From NCBI GenBank assembly GCA_045600905.1, contig JAZRYT010000160.1:1-55884 (forward strand): DNA of 55,884 nucleotides, in the 5' to 3' direction. The DNA is from Bacteroidales bacterium (GTDB lineage: Bacteria; Bacteroidota; Bacteroidia; Bacteroidales; WCHB1-69). The position numbers and the translations under genes are program-made. Positions 8,806 to 17,695 of this stretch are shown one piece after another (position 1 is the stretch's first letter; the number at the start of each line of letters is the position of its first letter). A model generated the notes under the pieces. It worked only from the letters and a program-made list of their open reading frames with translations. It was not told where the DNA came from and did no database searches.

Positions 8806-9585
8806 ATGAATATTATAGTTTGTATAAAACAAGTTCCGAACACGAATGTGATCAAAATCAACCCGACGACGGGTACTTTGATTCGTGACGGTGTTCCTTC
8901 CATCATGAACCCCGATGATAAGGGTGGTTTGGAAATGGCTCTCCGTTTGAAAGACCAATTAGGTGCGCACGTGACCGTTATCACGATGGGACCTCCCCAA
9001 GCAGATGCCATCCTCCGTGAGGCATTCGCAATGGGTGCCGACCGTGCCATCCTCCTCAGCGACAGACGTTTCGCTGGTGCCGACACACTGGCTACCTCTT
9101 ACGCATTGTCTGGCGCCCTCAAAACCCTCGACTACGATATGATCATCTGTGGCCGTCAGGCTATCGATGGCGATACCGCTCAAGTTCCCGTTTCTTTGGC
9201 TCAACATCTTGACCTGCCGCAAGTAACATACGTTACCGACCTCGAAGTCAACGGCAATGTCTGCACCGTCACCAAAGAAACAGAAGAAGGTTATCAGATT
9301 CTCGAAGTTCCCACACCTTGCGTCCTTACCGTTTTGGCTTCCGCCAACCAACCCCGCTATATGAGCGTGAAGGGCATTATGGAAGCTTTCGACAAGGAAG
9401 TCGAAATCTGGAATGCCGACCAAATCGACGTTGACCAAGCTCGTTTGGGCCTCTCCGGTTCTCCTACACGTGTGAAGAAATCCTTCACCAAACCGCAGAA
9501 AACTCCCGGACAACTTTACGAAGTTGACGCTGAAGAAGCTGTCGAGCTCATCGTTAGCAAACTGAAAGAAAAATTTATCATTTAA
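8806..9585 (+). CDS. etfB: Electron transfer flavoprotein beta subunit
   Basis: IIVCIKQVP, FAGADTLATS, GRQAIDGDTAQV and GLSGSPTRV motifs. Confidence 0.95.
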   Translation: MNIIVCIKQVPNTNVIKINPTTGTLIRDGVPSIMNPDDKGGLEMALRLKDQLGAHVTVITMGPPQADAILREAFAMGADRAILLSDRRFAGADTLATSYALSGALKTLDYDMIICGRQAIDGDTAQVPVSLAQHLDLPQVTYVTDLEVNGNVCTVTKETEEGYQILEVPTPCVLTVLASANQPRYMSVKGIMEAFDKEVEIWNADQIDVDQARLGLSGSPTRVKKSFTKPQKTPGQLYEVDAEEAVELIVSKLKEKFII

Positions 9586-9601
9586 TCGAAAGAAAGCTAC
9601 T

Positions 9602-10609
9602 ATGGAAAAATCTGACTATAAAAATATATATGTATTTGCAGAACAACGCGAAGGCGTTATTCAATCCGTTGCTTTGGAATTACTCGGCAAAGCACACGAA
9701 TTAGCTGCAATATTGAATGAAAAGGTAGTTGCCATTCTTTGCGGTCATCAGATTAAGAGCCAGGCTCAAATGCTGATCGAATACGGTGCTGACGAAGTTC
9801 TCTGCATTGACGAACCCGAAATGAAGGACTATCTGACCGAACAATACTCACAGGCTATCCACCAAGTGGTTATGAAGTTCAATCCCAGCATTTTGATGAT
9901 TGGCGCTACCACCATCGGCCGCGACCTTGCTCCGAGATTGGCTTGCCACCTCAATACCGGTCTGACAGCTGACTGTACCCGTCTGGAAATTTCCGAAGAG
10001 GGTGAACTGATGATGACCCGTCCGGCATTCGGCGGTAACTTGATGGCTACCATTATGTGTACCAACCATCGCCCGCAAATGAGTACCGTCCGCCCTGGCG
10101 TAATGCAAAGAATCCAACGCGATGCTTCCCGCAAAGGCGAAGTTATCGAATTCAAACCCACATTCGATGCTTCCAAGTTCAAAGTTCGCTTGGTGAAGAA
10201 TGTTAAGGAAGATAAAGGCAAAGTTGATATTACAGAAGCCAAAGTTCTGGTATCCGGTGGACGTGGCGTAGGTTGCAAAGAAGGTTTTGACAAACTTCAA
10301 AGCTTGGCTGAAACATTCCCGAATGCAGAAGTGTCTTCCTCTCGTGCAATGGTTGACGCTGGTGTTATCGACCACGACCGTCAAGTCGGCCAAACCGGTA
10401 AGACCGTACGTCCAGACCTCTATCTTGCTCTCGGTATCTCCGGCGCTATCCAGCACTTGGCAGGTATGGAGGAATCAGACCTCATCATTGCTGTAAATAA
10501 AGATAAATACGCTCCCATCTTCGGCGTCGCCGATTTAGGCATTGTCTGCGACCTCAACAAGGTTGTTCCATTGCTGACCGCTCGTCTCGCCAAAGAAATC
10601 AAAAAATAA
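9602..10609 (+). CDS. etfA: Electron transfer flavoprotein alpha subunit
   Basis: [32 protein letters not shown] and [12 protein letters not shown] motifs. Confidence 0.95.
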   Translation: MEKSDYKNIYVFAEQREGVIQSVALELLGKAHELAAILNEKVVAILCGHQIKSQAQMLIEYGADEVLCIDEPEMKDYLTEQYSQAIHQVVMKFNPSILMIGATTIGRDLAPRLACHLNTGLTADCTRLEISEEGELMMTRPAFGGNLMATIMCTNHRPQMSTVRPGVMQRIQRDASRKGEVIEFKPTFDASKFKVRLVKNVKEDKGKVDITEAKVLVSGGRGVGCKEGFDKLQSLAETFPNAEVSSSRAMVDAGVIDHDRQVGQTGKTVRPDLYLALGISGAIQHLAGMEESDLIIAVNKDKYAPIFGVADLGIVCDLNKVVPLLTARLAKEIKK

Positions 10610-11262
10610 TGATTGAAATTCGCAACGTCGAGAAAAGCTACGGCACCTTGCACGTGCTGAAGCAAATCAATCTTACGATAGAAAACTCCAAGGTGGTTAC
10701 GATTGTCGGCCCTTCCGGGGCCGGCAAGTCCACCTTGTTGCATTTAATCGGTACGCTGGATAGACCCGACAGTGGCGAAGTCGTCATCGACGGCACTTCT
10801 TTAAGGTCTCTTAATGACAACCAACTGTCAGAGTTTCGCAACCAACATATCGGTTTTGTCTATCAGTTCCATCATCTGCTTCCCGAATTTACCGCAGTTG
10901 AGAATGTGGCGCTGCCCGCTATGATTGCTGGAAAATCTAAAAGAGAAGCTTTAGTTAGAGCTACAGAACTTCTTGATTTTCTGAAATTAAAGAATAGGGT
11001 AGAGCATAAACCGTCTGAACTATCCGGCGGTGAACAACAGCGTGTGGCAGTGGCTCGCGCCCTGATGAACAATCCAGAACTCATCCTCGCGGACGAACCT
11101 TCTGGCAACCTCGATACGGAAAACGCCAAGAAACTCCATCAGCTCTTCTTCGATTTGCGCGACCAATTTCACCAAACGTTTATTATCGTGACGCACAATG
11201 AGGAATTGGCAACACTTTCCGATCGGAAAATTGTTTTGCAAGACGGACAAGTTATTAAATGA
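10609..11262 (+). CDS. ABC transporter ATP-binding protein (LolD-like)
   Basis: Walker [34 protein letters not shown] and VTHN; no permease adjacent. Confidence 0.9.
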   Translation: MIEIRNVEKSYGTLHVLKQINLTIENSKVVTIVGPSGAGKSTLLHLIGTLDRPDSGEVVIDGTSLRSLNDNQLSEFRNQHIGFVYQFHHLLPEFTAVENVALPAMIAGKSKREALVRATELLDFLKLKNRVEHKPSELSGGEQQRVAVARALMNNPELILADEPSGNLDTENAKKLHQLFFDLRDQFHQTFIIVTHNEELATLSDRKIVLQDGQVIK

Positions 11263-11297
11263 TTTTTTATCGAAGGATATTAACCAAACAAGAAAAA

Positions 11298-11888
11298 ATG
11301 AAAACTATTAAGAAAACCCTTATCGTTGTGACCATAGTGTGTCTGACGTTCCTGGCTGGATGCAGCAGCTTGATTCAGGTCGCCAACCTCATAAATTGCA
11401 AATTCAGCATGGCCAACGTGTCTGATATCACGTGGGCAGACATTAATTTGAGCAATATCCGCAGCGTCTCCGACCTGTCGTTCTCAATGTTGCAGAAGGC
11501 TGCAACGGCTATAAAAAACAAGGATTTCGGTGTCTCTGCCAATGTTAATGTCAACGTTAAAAACGAATCGCAAAAACCAGCCAAGATTTTCGCATTCGAT
11601 TATGAACTCCTGTTGGAGAACTCTCCTCTGGCATCCGGTAGCAATAAGAATTTCTCGTATGCCATCAATCCCCAAACAACAACCGTTGTCCCCGTGCCGG
11701 TAAAGGCTGACTTAGTTAAGATTATCAAAAACGGCCAGGTCGGTGATGTCGTGAACTTCGCACGCAATCTGATGGATTATGGCAACGGCCAGGAATCCAA
11801 CGTCAAAATAAAATTAACACCGTACGCAGGAACTAACGAGAAAAGTACCAAACTACCGACGCTGACGCTGAATAAGACGTTTCAGTAG
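11298..11888 (+). CDS. Hypothetical lipoprotein (possibly LEA type 2-like)
   Basis: Basic N-terminus, hydrophobic stretch, lipobox FLAGC, beta-rich mature part. Confidence 0.7.
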   Translation: MKTIKKTLIVVTIVCLTFLAGCSSLIQVANLINCKFSMANVSDITWADINLSNIRSVSDLSFSMLQKAATAIKNKDFGVSANVNVNVKNESQKPAKIFAFDYELLLENSPLASGSNKNFSYAINPQTTTVVPVPVKADLVKIIKNGQVGDVVNFARNLMDYGNGQESNVKIKLTPYAGTNEKSTKLPTLTLNKTFQ

Positions 11889-11899
11889 AGGTTCTGGTA

Positions 11900-11970
11900 T
11901 AAAGTTTAAGGTTTAAAGTTTAAAGTTTAAGGGTAATTACCTTATTATTGCATTATCGTATTAACACATT
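11900..11970. repeat. AAGTTTA heptamer tract, GGTAATTACC palindrome and degenerate CATTAT tract
   Basis: Directly visible between two co-directional genes. Confidence 0.75.
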
Positions 11971-11976
11971 AATTTC

Positions 11977-12465
11977 ATGATTCAAAGAATACAATCACTT
12001 TTTTTATTAATAGCCGCTATTATCCCTATCGTGTTGTTGTTTCTTCCCATCGGCTATGTGAACACACAGGACACGCAATACTTGTTTAATTCCATCGTGT
12101 TGAAAATCAACGTTCCGGATGGTCACGCAGTAATACGTCTGTATTACGTGGCATTGTGTCTGGTCATCTGTTCGGCTTTGTCCTTAATAGCATTGCTTAG
12201 TTACAAAAACCGCGTTCGTCAAACCCAAATCGTCTCTATCAATATGATTGTCTATTTGGTGACGTTGATGGTTATGTTGTGGATTTGTCCGGACCTTGTA
12301 TTCAAGAAATATTTCACCATCATCAATATGGATTATGATTTTCAGTTCGCGCACAAAGCCGTTCTGCTGATTCTCATTTTTGTGGAGGCCATTTGTTTGT
12401 TCTTGGCAAACAAATTCATCAAGAAGGATGAGGCTCTTGTACGCGCAGCTGACCGTTTGCGCTAA
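11977..12465 (+). CDS. DUF4293 family membrane protein
   Basis: MIQRIQSLFL start, YKNRVRQ and C-terminal IKKDEALVRAADRLR. Confidence 0.9.
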   Translation: MIQRIQSLFLLIAAIIPIVLLFLPIGYVNTQDTQYLFNSIVLKINVPDGHAVIRLYYVALCLVICSALSLIALLSYKNRVRQTQIVSINMIVYLVTLMVMLWICPDLVFKKYFTIINMDYDFQFAHKAVLLILIFVEAICLFLANKFIKKDEALVRAADRLR

Positions 12466-12543
12466 TTATTTAATGTCGGAGGCATTACCTCTTTATCCCA
12501 GTGCCGGAGAAGCCTACACGGGTATTATGAATGACGATTACCA

Positions 12544-13005
12544 ATGGAACGAACTAACGTGATGCGCATATTGACCCAACAGGGTGTGCCGTTCACCCCG
12601 CACGATTATGACAGTAGCATAACCGACGGAGAAACTATTGCCAAATTGTTAGGCGAAGACCCGGCAAGCGTCTTCAAAACCTTAGTGACAGTGGGCAATA
12701 ACAACGAACATTTTGTTTTCGTCATTCCGGTGTGCGCAACCCTGGATTTGAAGAAGGCTGCCATTGCCGCCGGCGTGAAAAGCATACAGATGATTAAACA
12801 AAAAGAGTTGCTTCCGCTGACAGGCTATATTCACGGCGGATGCTCGCCTGTGGGAATGAAAAAGCCGTTTCCGACTTTTATCGAGGAAACTGCCACACTT
12901 TGCGAAACTATCTGCTGCAGTGCCGGCAAAGTCGGCTTCCAAGTACAACTGGCCCCTGACGCACTACAGCAACTTGTCGGCGCAACCTACGCGGACTTGA
13001 TATAG
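12544..13005 (+). CDS. ybaK: Cys-tRNA(Pro) deacylase
   Basis: TNVMRIL, VFKTLV, LDLKK and TGYIHGGCSPVGMKK motifs. Confidence 0.93.
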   Translation: MERTNVMRILTQQGVPFTPHDYDSSITDGETIAKLLGEDPASVFKTLVTVGNNNEHFVFVIPVCATLDLKKAAIAAGVKSIQMIKQKELLPLTGYIHGGCSPVGMKKPFPTFIEETATLCETICCSAGKVGFQVQLAPDALQQLVGATYADLI

Positions 13006-13020
13006 AGTTACAAAATTTAG

Positions 13021-13040
13021 GGACGCAATTCATTGCGTCC
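13021..13040. repeat. REP-like palindrome after ybaK
   Basis: GGACGCAAT-TC-ATTGCGTCC preceded by TTAG. Confidence 0.6.
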
Positions 13041-13047
13041 GCTCAAA

Positions 13048-13128
13048 GTTTCAAGTATAATAGCGCATCCTTTATCATAAATCATTAACCATTAACCATT
13101 TCACGCATTATCGCATTATCGCATTAAC
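13048..13128 (+). repeat. Dispersed intergenic mosaic element, copy A
   Basis: Shares the 19-bp core GTTTCAAGTATAATAGCGC and the downstream CATTAACCATTTCAC..CA.TATCGCATTA with the minus strand of 23485-23546. Confidence 0.8.
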
Positions 13129-13130
13129 TC

Positions 13131-13451
13131 ATGCTTTGGATATTTGTAATAACTTTCATCGTGGTTTTCTTTGTCGGTTCCGTATGGGCGTACTATAAGT
13201 ATTTGCGGGAACTGACGATGACAGGGAAACCATATAAAATCGGTGGCAACACCCTGACTTTCGTCTTTACGCTGCCGCTTTCGTTTATAGTCGCGGAAGT
13301 GATAAAGGACAAACTGCTGACGGCTGTAATGCCCGACGGCTTCGGCCTGCAGATGATATTCATTCTGTTGATTGTGCTCGCCAACTATCTGATTTGCATC
13401 CTTTCAACAGCTATTGCCAAGAAAATCATTAAGAATAAAAATACATTATAA
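13131..13451 (+). CDS. Hypothetical membrane protein (about 3 TM)
   Basis: 106-aa ORF with three hydrophobic segments, in operon-like spacing with thiL. Confidence 0.7.
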   Translation: MLWIFVITFIVVFFVGSVWAYYKYLRELTMTGKPYKIGGNTLTFVFTLPLSFIVAEVIKDKLLTAVMPDGFGLQMIFILLIVLANYLICILSTAIAKKIIKNKNTL

Positions 13452-13465
13452 ATAAAGCAACTATA

Positions 13466-14497
13466 ATGGAAGAAAACACACTACAACAGGAAATGCCGCA
13501 TTTGGGCAAATATGATTTAATCACGGAACTTTCCAAATATTTCCCCAAAGCCAATTCTTCAACTTTGGTTGGTATAGGCGATGACGCGTCTGCCATCGCT
13601 CCCACTAACGAGAACGTGGTTGCCACAACGAAAGTTTTTTTGGAAAATGTGCATTTCGATTTGACGTACGTTCCTCTTTTGCATTTGGGTTATAAAGTGG
13701 TGACCGTGGCGATTTCCGATTTGTTGGGAATGAATGCCGTACCCACGCAGCTGATGCTGAATGTGTGCATATCCAATCGTTTTGACTTGAAAGCCGTCAA
13801 CGAGCTTTTGGAGGGTGTGCAGGCTTGCTGCGAAAACGCGCACGTGGATGTCGTCGGACTGGATTTGTCAACATCCCGCAAAGACCTTATCATATCAGTG
13901 ACTGCTATTGGCGAGTGTGAGCCAGCACGAATGCTTACGAGAAAAGGTGCCAAGGAAAACGAACTCATCTGTGTCTCCGGTGACTTCGCGGCCGCCTATA
14001 CGGGGCTGCTGTTGTTGGAACGCGAAAAGAAGGTCTTTGAAACCAATCCCTCCGTGCAGCCGGATTTTTCCGGCAAGGACTATCTGCTGCGCCGACAATT
14101 GAAACCAGAGCCCAGATTGGATATTGTTGAGGCTCTCCGCCGCGAGGATATACTGCCGACAACGATGACGAATGTATCCGATGGCATTGCAGCTGCTATA
14201 ATGCAGATTTGTCGCGCTTCCAACGTAGGCTGTGATCTTTTTGAGGAAAAACTGCCGATGACGGAACTCACCTTCGTGACGTTGAAGGATTTGGATATCG
14301 TACATACTGTCGCTGCTCTCAACGGCGGCGATGACTACGAACTGATGTTTACCATCAAACAGGCTGATTTTGAAAAGATTAAGAATGTTGAGAATGTGTC
14401 TATTATAGGCTATATCAAAGAAGAATCAGCCGGATATCATATCGTTACCGGCGATAATCACAAAGTCGAACTCCAAGCGCAAGGGTTTAAGCATTGA
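13466..14497 (+). CDS. thiL: Thiamine-phosphate kinase (divergent motifs)
   Basis: GIGDDASAI, ENVHFDL..VPLLHLGYK, CVSGD, VSDG and LNGGDDYEL motifs. Confidence 0.88.
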   Translation: MEENTLQQEMPHLGKYDLITELSKYFPKANSSTLVGIGDDASAIAPTNENVVATTKVFLENVHFDLTYVPLLHLGYKVVTVAISDLLGMNAVPTQLMLNVCISNRFDLKAVNELLEGVQACCENAHVDVVGLDLSTSRKDLIISVTAIGECEPARMLTRKGAKENELICVSGDFAAAYTGLLLLEREKKVFETNPSVQPDFSGKDYLLRRQLKPEPRLDIVEALRREDILPTTMTNVSDGIAAAIMQICRASNVGCDLFEEKLPMTELTFVTLKDLDIVHTVAALNGGDDYELMFTIKQADFEKIKNVENVSIIGYIKEESAGYHIVTGDNHKVELQAQGFKH

Positions 14498-14660
14498 AGA
14501 ATGAATAATGAATAATGAACAATGAATAATTAGCTTGAAGTTTAAGGTTTGAAGTTTAAGGTTTAAAGAATAGGTAATCGCATATCTGCTCTTCTACTTA
14601 TCTACATTTATACGCATTATCGCATTATCGCATTATCACATTATCACATTACCGCATTAA
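14498..14660. repeat. AATGAAT and AAGTTTA heptamer tracts followed by a (CGCATTAT)n octamer tract
   Basis: Directly visible. Confidence 0.9.
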
Positions 14661-14666
14661 TACATC

Positions 14667-16010
14667 GTGTTTAGCAAAACAGAATTCAATATAGGAAACA
14701 TACAGATTGGCGGGGCTGCGCCAGTGGTGGTGCAGTCAATGACCAACACGGATACCAATGACGTGGTTGCATCGGTGGCACAATGTCGTCGGATGATAGA
14801 GGCCGGCGCGGAGATGGTACGTTTGACGGTCCCGTCGCTCAAGGAAGTGGAGGCTATGCGTGCCATTAAAGCGCAGCTACGCGCGGAAGGCATTATGACG
14901 CCTTTGGTGGCAGATGTGCATTTCAATCCCAAAGTGGCAGAGGCAATGGCCTCGATTGTGGAAAAGGTGCGCATCAATCCCGGAAACTATGTCGATAAGC
15001 GGAATTTTTCGCAATTGAATCTATCCGACAGCGAATATGAAGCTGCCGTACAGCGTATGGCCAAGCGCGCGGAACCGCTCTTCAACATCTGCAAAGAATA
15101 TGGAACAGCCATTCGACTGGGTATTAACCACGGTTCCTTATGTGACAGAATTGTAAGTCGTTATGGCAATACGCCAGATGCGATGGTTCAATCTGCGTTG
15201 GAATGGTTGGATATTTGTGAACAGTACGATTTCCATAAGGTGGTGGTGTCGATGAAATCATCGAATGTGCATACGATGATGGAAGCCACAATTTCCCTGC
15301 ATCAGGAAATGCAGAAGCGAGGAATAACCTATCCGCTCCATATCGGCGTCACGGAGGCCGGCAATGGGGTAGAGGGGCGTGTGAAGTCGGCGGCAGGCAT
15401 TGGCGCTCTGCTGTTGATGAATGTCGGTGATACCGTGCGCGTTTCTTTAACGGAGGCTCCCGAAAATGAAACCCCGTTCGCACACAAACTTTTGAAAGCC
15501 GTGTCTGAAATTAATGAGCGGTCGTTTGTCTTGCAAAATAATTCGATGTGCTATCGTTGCGAGGATACGGATTACGAAATGTGGCTGGCAAAATCTTCCG
15601 CTTTGTCGGGCTATGCTTATTACCATCATCATATTAAAGATGTGAAGTTGGAAAATCCGCATTTCAGCAAGCAGCATTGTGCCGATTTGGAAGCGACCAT
15701 TTTGCAGGCTTGCCGTATAAAGATGAGTAAGACGGAGTTTATATCCTGTCCTTCTTGCGGTCGAACACAATACGATATTCAATCCGTCCTTTCTTTGGTG
15801 AAAGAACGCCTCTCAAACTATCCAGGTGTCAAAATCGGAGTGATGGGCTGTATTGTGAACGGTCCGGGAGAAATGGCCGATGCCGATTACGGCATTGTGG
15901 GGGCTTCCCATGGCTTAGTGTGTGTGTATCAGGGAAAACAACGTCTTACGGAAGCCATTTCCATTGACGACGCATTGGCTAAATTGCAAGAGTTGGTTAG
16001 AAAAACTTGA
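14667..16010 (+). CDS. ispG: (E)-4-hydroxy-3-methylbut-2-enyl-diphosphate synthase
   Basis: GTG start; VQSMTNT, LVADVHF, RINPGN, GINHGSL, YPLHIGVTEAG, ISCPSCGR and VMGCIVNGPGEM motifs. Confidence 0.95.
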   Translation: MFSKTEFNIGNIQIGGAAPVVVQSMTNTDTNDVVASVAQCRRMIEAGAEMVRLTVPSLKEVEAMRAIKAQLRAEGIMTPLVADVHFNPKVAEAMASIVEKVRINPGNYVDKRNFSQLNLSDSEYEAAVQRMAKRAEPLFNICKEYGTAIRLGINHGSLCDRIVSRYGNTPDAMVQSALEWLDICEQYDFHKVVVSMKSSNVHTMMEATISLHQEMQKRGITYPLHIGVTEAGNGVEGRVKSAAGIGALLLMNVGDTVRVSLTEAPENETPFAHKLLKAVSEINERSFVLQNNSMCYRCEDTDYEMWLAKSSALSGYAYYHHHIKDVKLENPHFSKQHCADLEATILQACRIKMSKTEFISCPSCGRTQYDIQSVLSLVKERLSNYPGVKIGVMGCIVNGPGEMADADYGIVGASHGLVCVYQGKQRLTEAISIDDALAKLQELVRKT

Positions 16011-16037
16011 TGCTGGGGGGGTAACTGTTTTCTTTTG

Positions 16038-16045
16038 TATATTTG
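16038..16045 (+). promoter_or_regulatory. -7 promoter box upstream of the structured leader and small ORF
   Basis: TATATTTG followed by CCGC, as at other promoters in this window. Confidence 0.6.
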
Positions 16046-16146
16046 CCGCTTGAAATTTTTGAAAAAAATAAATACTAAAATAGTAATATTAATAATAAGA
16101 AAAAAAAATAACATATTGACATTGTAAGCATTACGATTTTGTCTGA

Positions 16147-16275
16147 CCATCTGAAATCTGGAAAATTTTTGACTAAGACAAGAGAGTATGCTCACGGTTA
16201 CGTGAGCCCTCTTTGTTTGGTCACAGGCCTTTTCCAGATGCCTAGATGGCAAATAAAAGCGTGGCTCACGTTTTT
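16147..16275 (+). ncRNA. Structured leader or sRNA: ~100-nt hairpin plus terminator-like stem
   Basis: CCATCT/AGATGG, ATCTGGAAAA/TTTTCCAGAT, TGACT/GGTCA and apical GCTCACG-gtta-CGTGAGC, then AAAAGCGTG-gct-CACGTTTTT. Confidence 0.6.
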
Positions 16276-16288
16276 AAGTACGAATGCT

Positions 16289-16447
16289 ATGAATAAACTT
16301 GAGAAACAAATTGAACAAAAGAAAGCTGATTTGGAATTGATGCATAAAATGATTGAGGATTTGCATAATACCAACCAACCTGTAAGTAAGGAACTGCTCC
16401 TCAGAGTGGAGAATTTGGAAAAAGAGATTAAGGCGTTGGAAAATTAG
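16289..16447 (+). CDS. Small hypothetical coiled-coil protein (52 aa)
   Basis: MNKLEKQIEQKKADLELMHKMIEDLHNTNQPVSKELLLRVENLEKEIKALEN has heptad character and an upstream promoter. Confidence 0.6.
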   Translation: MNKLEKQIEQKKADLELMHKMIEDLHNTNQPVSKELLLRVENLEKEIKALEN

Positions 16448-16449
16448 CT

Positions 16450-17607
16450 TTATTTTAAGGCTGACGCGATTTTAAAGAAGAGATCAGTGAAAATCAAAGA
16501 GGAATTACCATTTCTTCCGATGTGGTAAAGTGCTTTGTTGCATTCTTCCGTTATCAGGCTGATATGCTTTAGATTGAAGATCCCTTTGAGAGAATTGATA
16601 ACAGTGAGTTCGCTCTCCGTTGCTTTGACTACAGATAGGTGACCTTGATTGGCCATCAATATGTTGCGAAGCATACGTAGCGTGAAGAGGAGGAATTGTT
16701 TTTGATATTCGCGTCCCTGCTTGCTGATTTCGTCAAAACAATTTTGAACTTCGTCATATTTTACGGAGTTTAGCGGCTGACTTTTGGCAAAAGCCACCAC
16801 ACTGCCCATCATTAAGGAAAAGGCATCAAGCATTGCTTTCAAATCGGAGTTGTCTGCGTGGATTTTGAGGGCCTTGTTATAATCACCTTCCGACAGAATG
16901 GCAATATCTATGGCGCGTGATTCGTCCAATTCGGGGAATTGCTTTAGCATTTCTGCGGCAATCTGCTCGTTGGTTAGTCTCGGAATCTTCACCAGTTGGG
17001 TTCGCGATAGGATAGTGCTGAGAATCTTATCCGGTTTTTCGGAAATGAGGATGAATAACGAGTTGCTTTCAGGTTCCTCAAGGGTTTTAAGCAGTTTTGG
17101 CGCTGCTGCGTGATAAAGCCTATCTACATTCCATAAGATGTATGTTTTGTAACCGCCCGCGTAGGAGCGAATACTGTTCTGATTGATGATGTGGGAACAG
17201 TCGCGGATGTTGATGGTTGCTTGTTTGTTCTCGCCATCAAGTTCCTTCAGCCAGTCCTGAATGTCGATATGGTAATTGTTTTGGAACACGAAGTCGCGGA
17301 ATTGTTGGGCTAGAAGCTGCGATTCCGGGTCTTTCTTGACGTTTTTGGTGATGCAATTGGGAAAGTAGATGTGCAAGTCGGGATGGGCGAGTTTCTCGAA
17401 TTGCAGGCAGGATGGGCAGCTGCCGCAGGAATCCTCCTCGGAAGGATGCTCGCAGGAAAGATATTGGGCCATTGCGACGGCAAGCGCAAAAGCGTGGCTT
17501 CCTGATTGGGCGAGGAAGAATTGTGCGTGACTGATACGGTGTTCGTGTACCTGTTTTAAAATCTGCTTCTTGAGCTGCGGGTCAACTAATACGTCTTTAA
17601 ATAACAT
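16450..17607 (-). CDS. holB: DNA polymerase III subunit delta'
   Basis: HRISHAQFF, Zn cluster C..(x8)CGSCPSC, HPDLH and KLLKTLEEP...TILSRTQ motifs. Likely start MLFKDV. Confidence 0.9.
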   Translation of the reverse strand: MLFKDVLVDPQLKKQILKQVHEHRISHAQFFLAQSGSHAFALAVAMAQYLSCEHPSEEDSCGSCPSCLQFEKLAHPDLHIYFPNCITKNVKKDPESQLLAQQFRDFVFQNNYHIDIQDWLKELDGENKQATINIRDCSHIINQNSIRSYAGGYKTYILWNVDRLYHAAAPKLLKTLEEPESNSLFILISEKPDKILSTILSRTQLVKIPRLTNEQIAAEMLKQFPELDESRAIDIAILSEGDYNKALKIHADNSDLKAMLDAFSLMMGSVVAFAKSQPLNSVKYDEVQNCFDEISKQGREYQKQFLLFTLRMLRNILMANQGHLSVVKATESELTVINSLKGIFNLKHISLITEECNKALYHIGRNGNSSLIFTDLFFKIASALK

Positions 17608-17637
17608 AAGGTTCCTGTTTTTATGGGTAAGAGGTCG

Positions 17638-17645
17638 CAAAAGTA
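17638..17645 (-). promoter_or_regulatory. -7 promoter box for holB
   Basis: TACTTTTG on the minus strand 30 bp upstream of the start. Confidence 0.65.
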
Positions 17646-17695
17646 CAAAAAAATTAATGCTTCAAGCCTGTTTGAATTTGTAAAAAAACAGACGT

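Noticed and set aside
16147-16249. SRP (4.5S) RNA or tRNA
   Set aside because: No SRP domain IV consensus with a GNRA tetraloop and no cloverleaf or T-loop motif.
16139-16288. N-terminal 50 codons of the 102-aa ORF in the track
   Set aside because: They overlap the hairpin leader, begin at a CTG, and look non-protein-like. The ATG at 16289 is the plausible start.
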